From: a virus
Length of the DNA stretch: 64,000 bases
Direction: 5' to 3' (one strand)
IMG/VR virus record: IMGVR_UViG_3300022743_000002
Coordinates: 1-64,000 of that record
Shown: positions 62,729 through 64,000 of the stretch, one piece after another
Position numbering within the stretch: the stretch's first letter is position 1
How the letters are laid out: each line of letters opens with the position of its first letter
Notes under the pieces: generated by a model
Databases searched by the model: none
Told to the model about the DNA's origin: nothing
Seen by the model: only the letters and a program-made list of their open reading frames with translations
Program-made: the position numbers and the translations under genes

Positions 62729-63790
62729 ATGAGTGAAAACCTACCCGCAACCCAAGAGCAGCAACACCAACCCGCGCCGTTCCAACGACATAGCCTGCCA
62801 GGTCACGGCATGAACGCCGGCGCCGTTGCGATTGAGTCCGAACGCGCCATTGCTGAAGCCCAAGGCCAGCTCACGCTCGCCAAGCGCTTCCCGCGCAGCG
62901 TGACGGCATCAATCAGCGACTTCCTGGAGGCCTGCAACAGCCCGGCATTTGCGCAGACCGCCTTCTATAGCGTGCCCAACCGCGGCAGCGGACCCAGCAT
63001 CCGCCTAGCTGAGGAGGCGGCGCGTTGCTACGGCAATTTTGTGTACGGCCACCGAGAGCTGTCGCGAAGCGAAGGCAAGTCCGAGATTGAGGTCTATGCC
63101 TGGGATATGGAGAAAAACAACCGCTCCAGCCGCCAAATCACGGTTATGCACGTCGTGGACACGAAGAACGGCCCCAAGAAGCTGGTCGACCAATCCGACA
63201 TTGACAACAAGATCGCAAACGTCGCCAGCAAGCAGATGCGCGGCCGCATCCTGGCTCTTATGCCAAAACACATGATTGCCGCCGGCATTGAGGCTTGCAA
63301 ACTGACGATTGCCGGAGGTGGCGAAAAGCCGATCAGCGAGCGCATCCTGGCAATGTCAAAGGCGTTCAGCAAGTTTGGCGTCAACTCGGCGCACCTCACT
63401 GCGCATCTCGGTCACGATCTTGACGACACTACCGTCGATGAGCTGGCCGACCTGATGGGTATTTACAACGCCATCAAGGAAGGCGCCAAGGCGAGCGAGT
63501 ATTTCAAACCGAATACCGACGGCGATGACGCCACAGCCAACACAGCGGCGTCCATATTGCAGCGCTCAAAGGTTTCAGCCGCGGCACGCATAAAGTCGCC
63601 GGATCAAACCACGACCACGACGCCTAAAAAAGAGACGGCGGCCGCCTTACAAAAAAGCAATCCACCGGAACCCGATCGCAAGGCGGAGAAAGAGGAGGTT
63701 ACCGAATCTCAACATAAGCAGCCCCCGAAAGATGCGACTCCACAGCGCGAGCAGGCATCAAGCGCAGCCGATGAAGACGACGTATTTTGA
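62729..63790 (+). CDS. Putative single-strand annealing (recombinase) protein
   Basis: AKRFPRS..AFYS.P..GPSIRLAE; in the operon with RecE-like nuclease and ATPase; acidic DEDDVF tail. Confidence 0.6.
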   Translation: MSENLPATQEQQHQPAPFQRHSLPGHGMNAGAVAIESERAIAEAQGQLTLAKRFPRSVTASISDFLEACNSPAFAQTAFYSVPNRGSGPSIRLAEEAARCYGNFVYGHRELSRSEGKSEIEVYAWDMEKNNRSSRQITVMHVVDTKNGPKKLVDQSDIDNKIANVASKQMRGRILALMPKHMIAAGIEACKLTIAGGGEKPISERILAMSKAFSKFGVNSAHLTAHLGHDLDDTTVDELADLMGIYNAIKEGAKASEYFKPNTDGDDATANTAASILQRSKVSAAARIKSPDQTTTTTPKKETAAALQKSNPPEPDRKAEKEEVTESQHKQPPKDATPQREQASSAADEDDVF

Positions 63791-63811
63791 TGACAGATAT
63801 AGGAGAGGGCG

Positions 63812-64000
63812 CTGACTAGGAAATATCTGACGCCAGCCGAGGTATCGGACAGGTATAGCGGATCGGTATCCGTGCGCACTTTAGCCAATTGGCGTTGGGC
63901 TGGGAACGGACCGAAATTTACAAGAGTCGGCGGACGAATACTCTACGACTTGAATGAGTTGGTTAAGTGGGAAGACAAGCGCACTGTCGAGCACACCAGT
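63812..64000 (+). CDS. Excisionase-like HTH protein (CTG start, truncated by the window)
   Basis: KYLTPAEVSDRY..VSVRTLANWR..G.GPKF.RVGGRILY; AGGAG RBS before the CTG. Confidence 0.75.
   Translation, partial: MTRKYLTPAEVSDRYSGSVSVRTLANWRWAGNGPKFTRVGGRILYDLNELVKWEDKRTVEHTS

Larger units (their letters stand above)
1..64000. mobile_element. Segment of a myovirus-type phage/prophage (no host genes or att site visible)
   Basis: Continuous terminase-portal-protease-capsid-neck-sheath-tube genes plus replication/recombination genes and an Xis-like gene at the right edge. Confidence 0.95.

Noticed and set aside
1-64000. CRISPR array, reverse transcriptase (retron/DGR), integrase, lysis genes
   Set aside because: No regularly spaced repeat-spacer array and no RT, recombinase or endolysin motifs were recognised in the window

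Overview
The whole window is a segment of a tailed phage or prophage genome: a myovirus with a contractile tail, GC-rich (roughly 60% by eye), probably with a proteobacterial host and probably temperate, since an excisionase-like gene starts at the right edge. About 1-43.6 kb (mostly minus strand) is the late region: terminase (TerS, GpA-like TerL), portal, MuF, prohead protease, scaffold, an SPO1/Twort/A511-like major capsid protein, putative fibre proteins, neck, sheath, tube, tail chaperones and the start of the tape measure gene. About 43.7-64 kb is early/middle: accessory genes, candidate origin, primase-helicase, VRR-NUC, DUF5664, SSB, SF2 helicase, C5 methyltransferase, Cro-like protein, RecE-like exonuclease, SMC-like ATPase, annealing protein and Xis. 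The most striking part is an ~18 kb block between portal and protease. It encodes 'polyvalent' effectors: a DarB-like MTase-helicase, a second SF2 helicase, a PPase-ParB-ART fusion, a RelA/SpoT synthetase and an HD hydrolase. These unrelated proteins, plus a 122 aa protein next to TerL, share a short tag (hydrophobic run, then K|S/A, usually followed by an H-V-x-x-[HYF]-x-R-x-[DN]-G-x-x-V hairpin). The tag ends in the same K|S/A seen at the predicted capsid maturation site and recurs at domain junctions, suggesting a capsid-cargo addressing and polyprotein-processing system. Ten copies of a late-promoter-like motif (CGTGAY-N2-nAnnnT) occur. Nine sit 6-7 nt before an ATG (leaderless mRNAs), and the tenth precedes one of two adjacent, highly structured, unrecognised non-coding RNAs inside the cargo block. 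All family calls come from motifs read by eye; no database searches were run.
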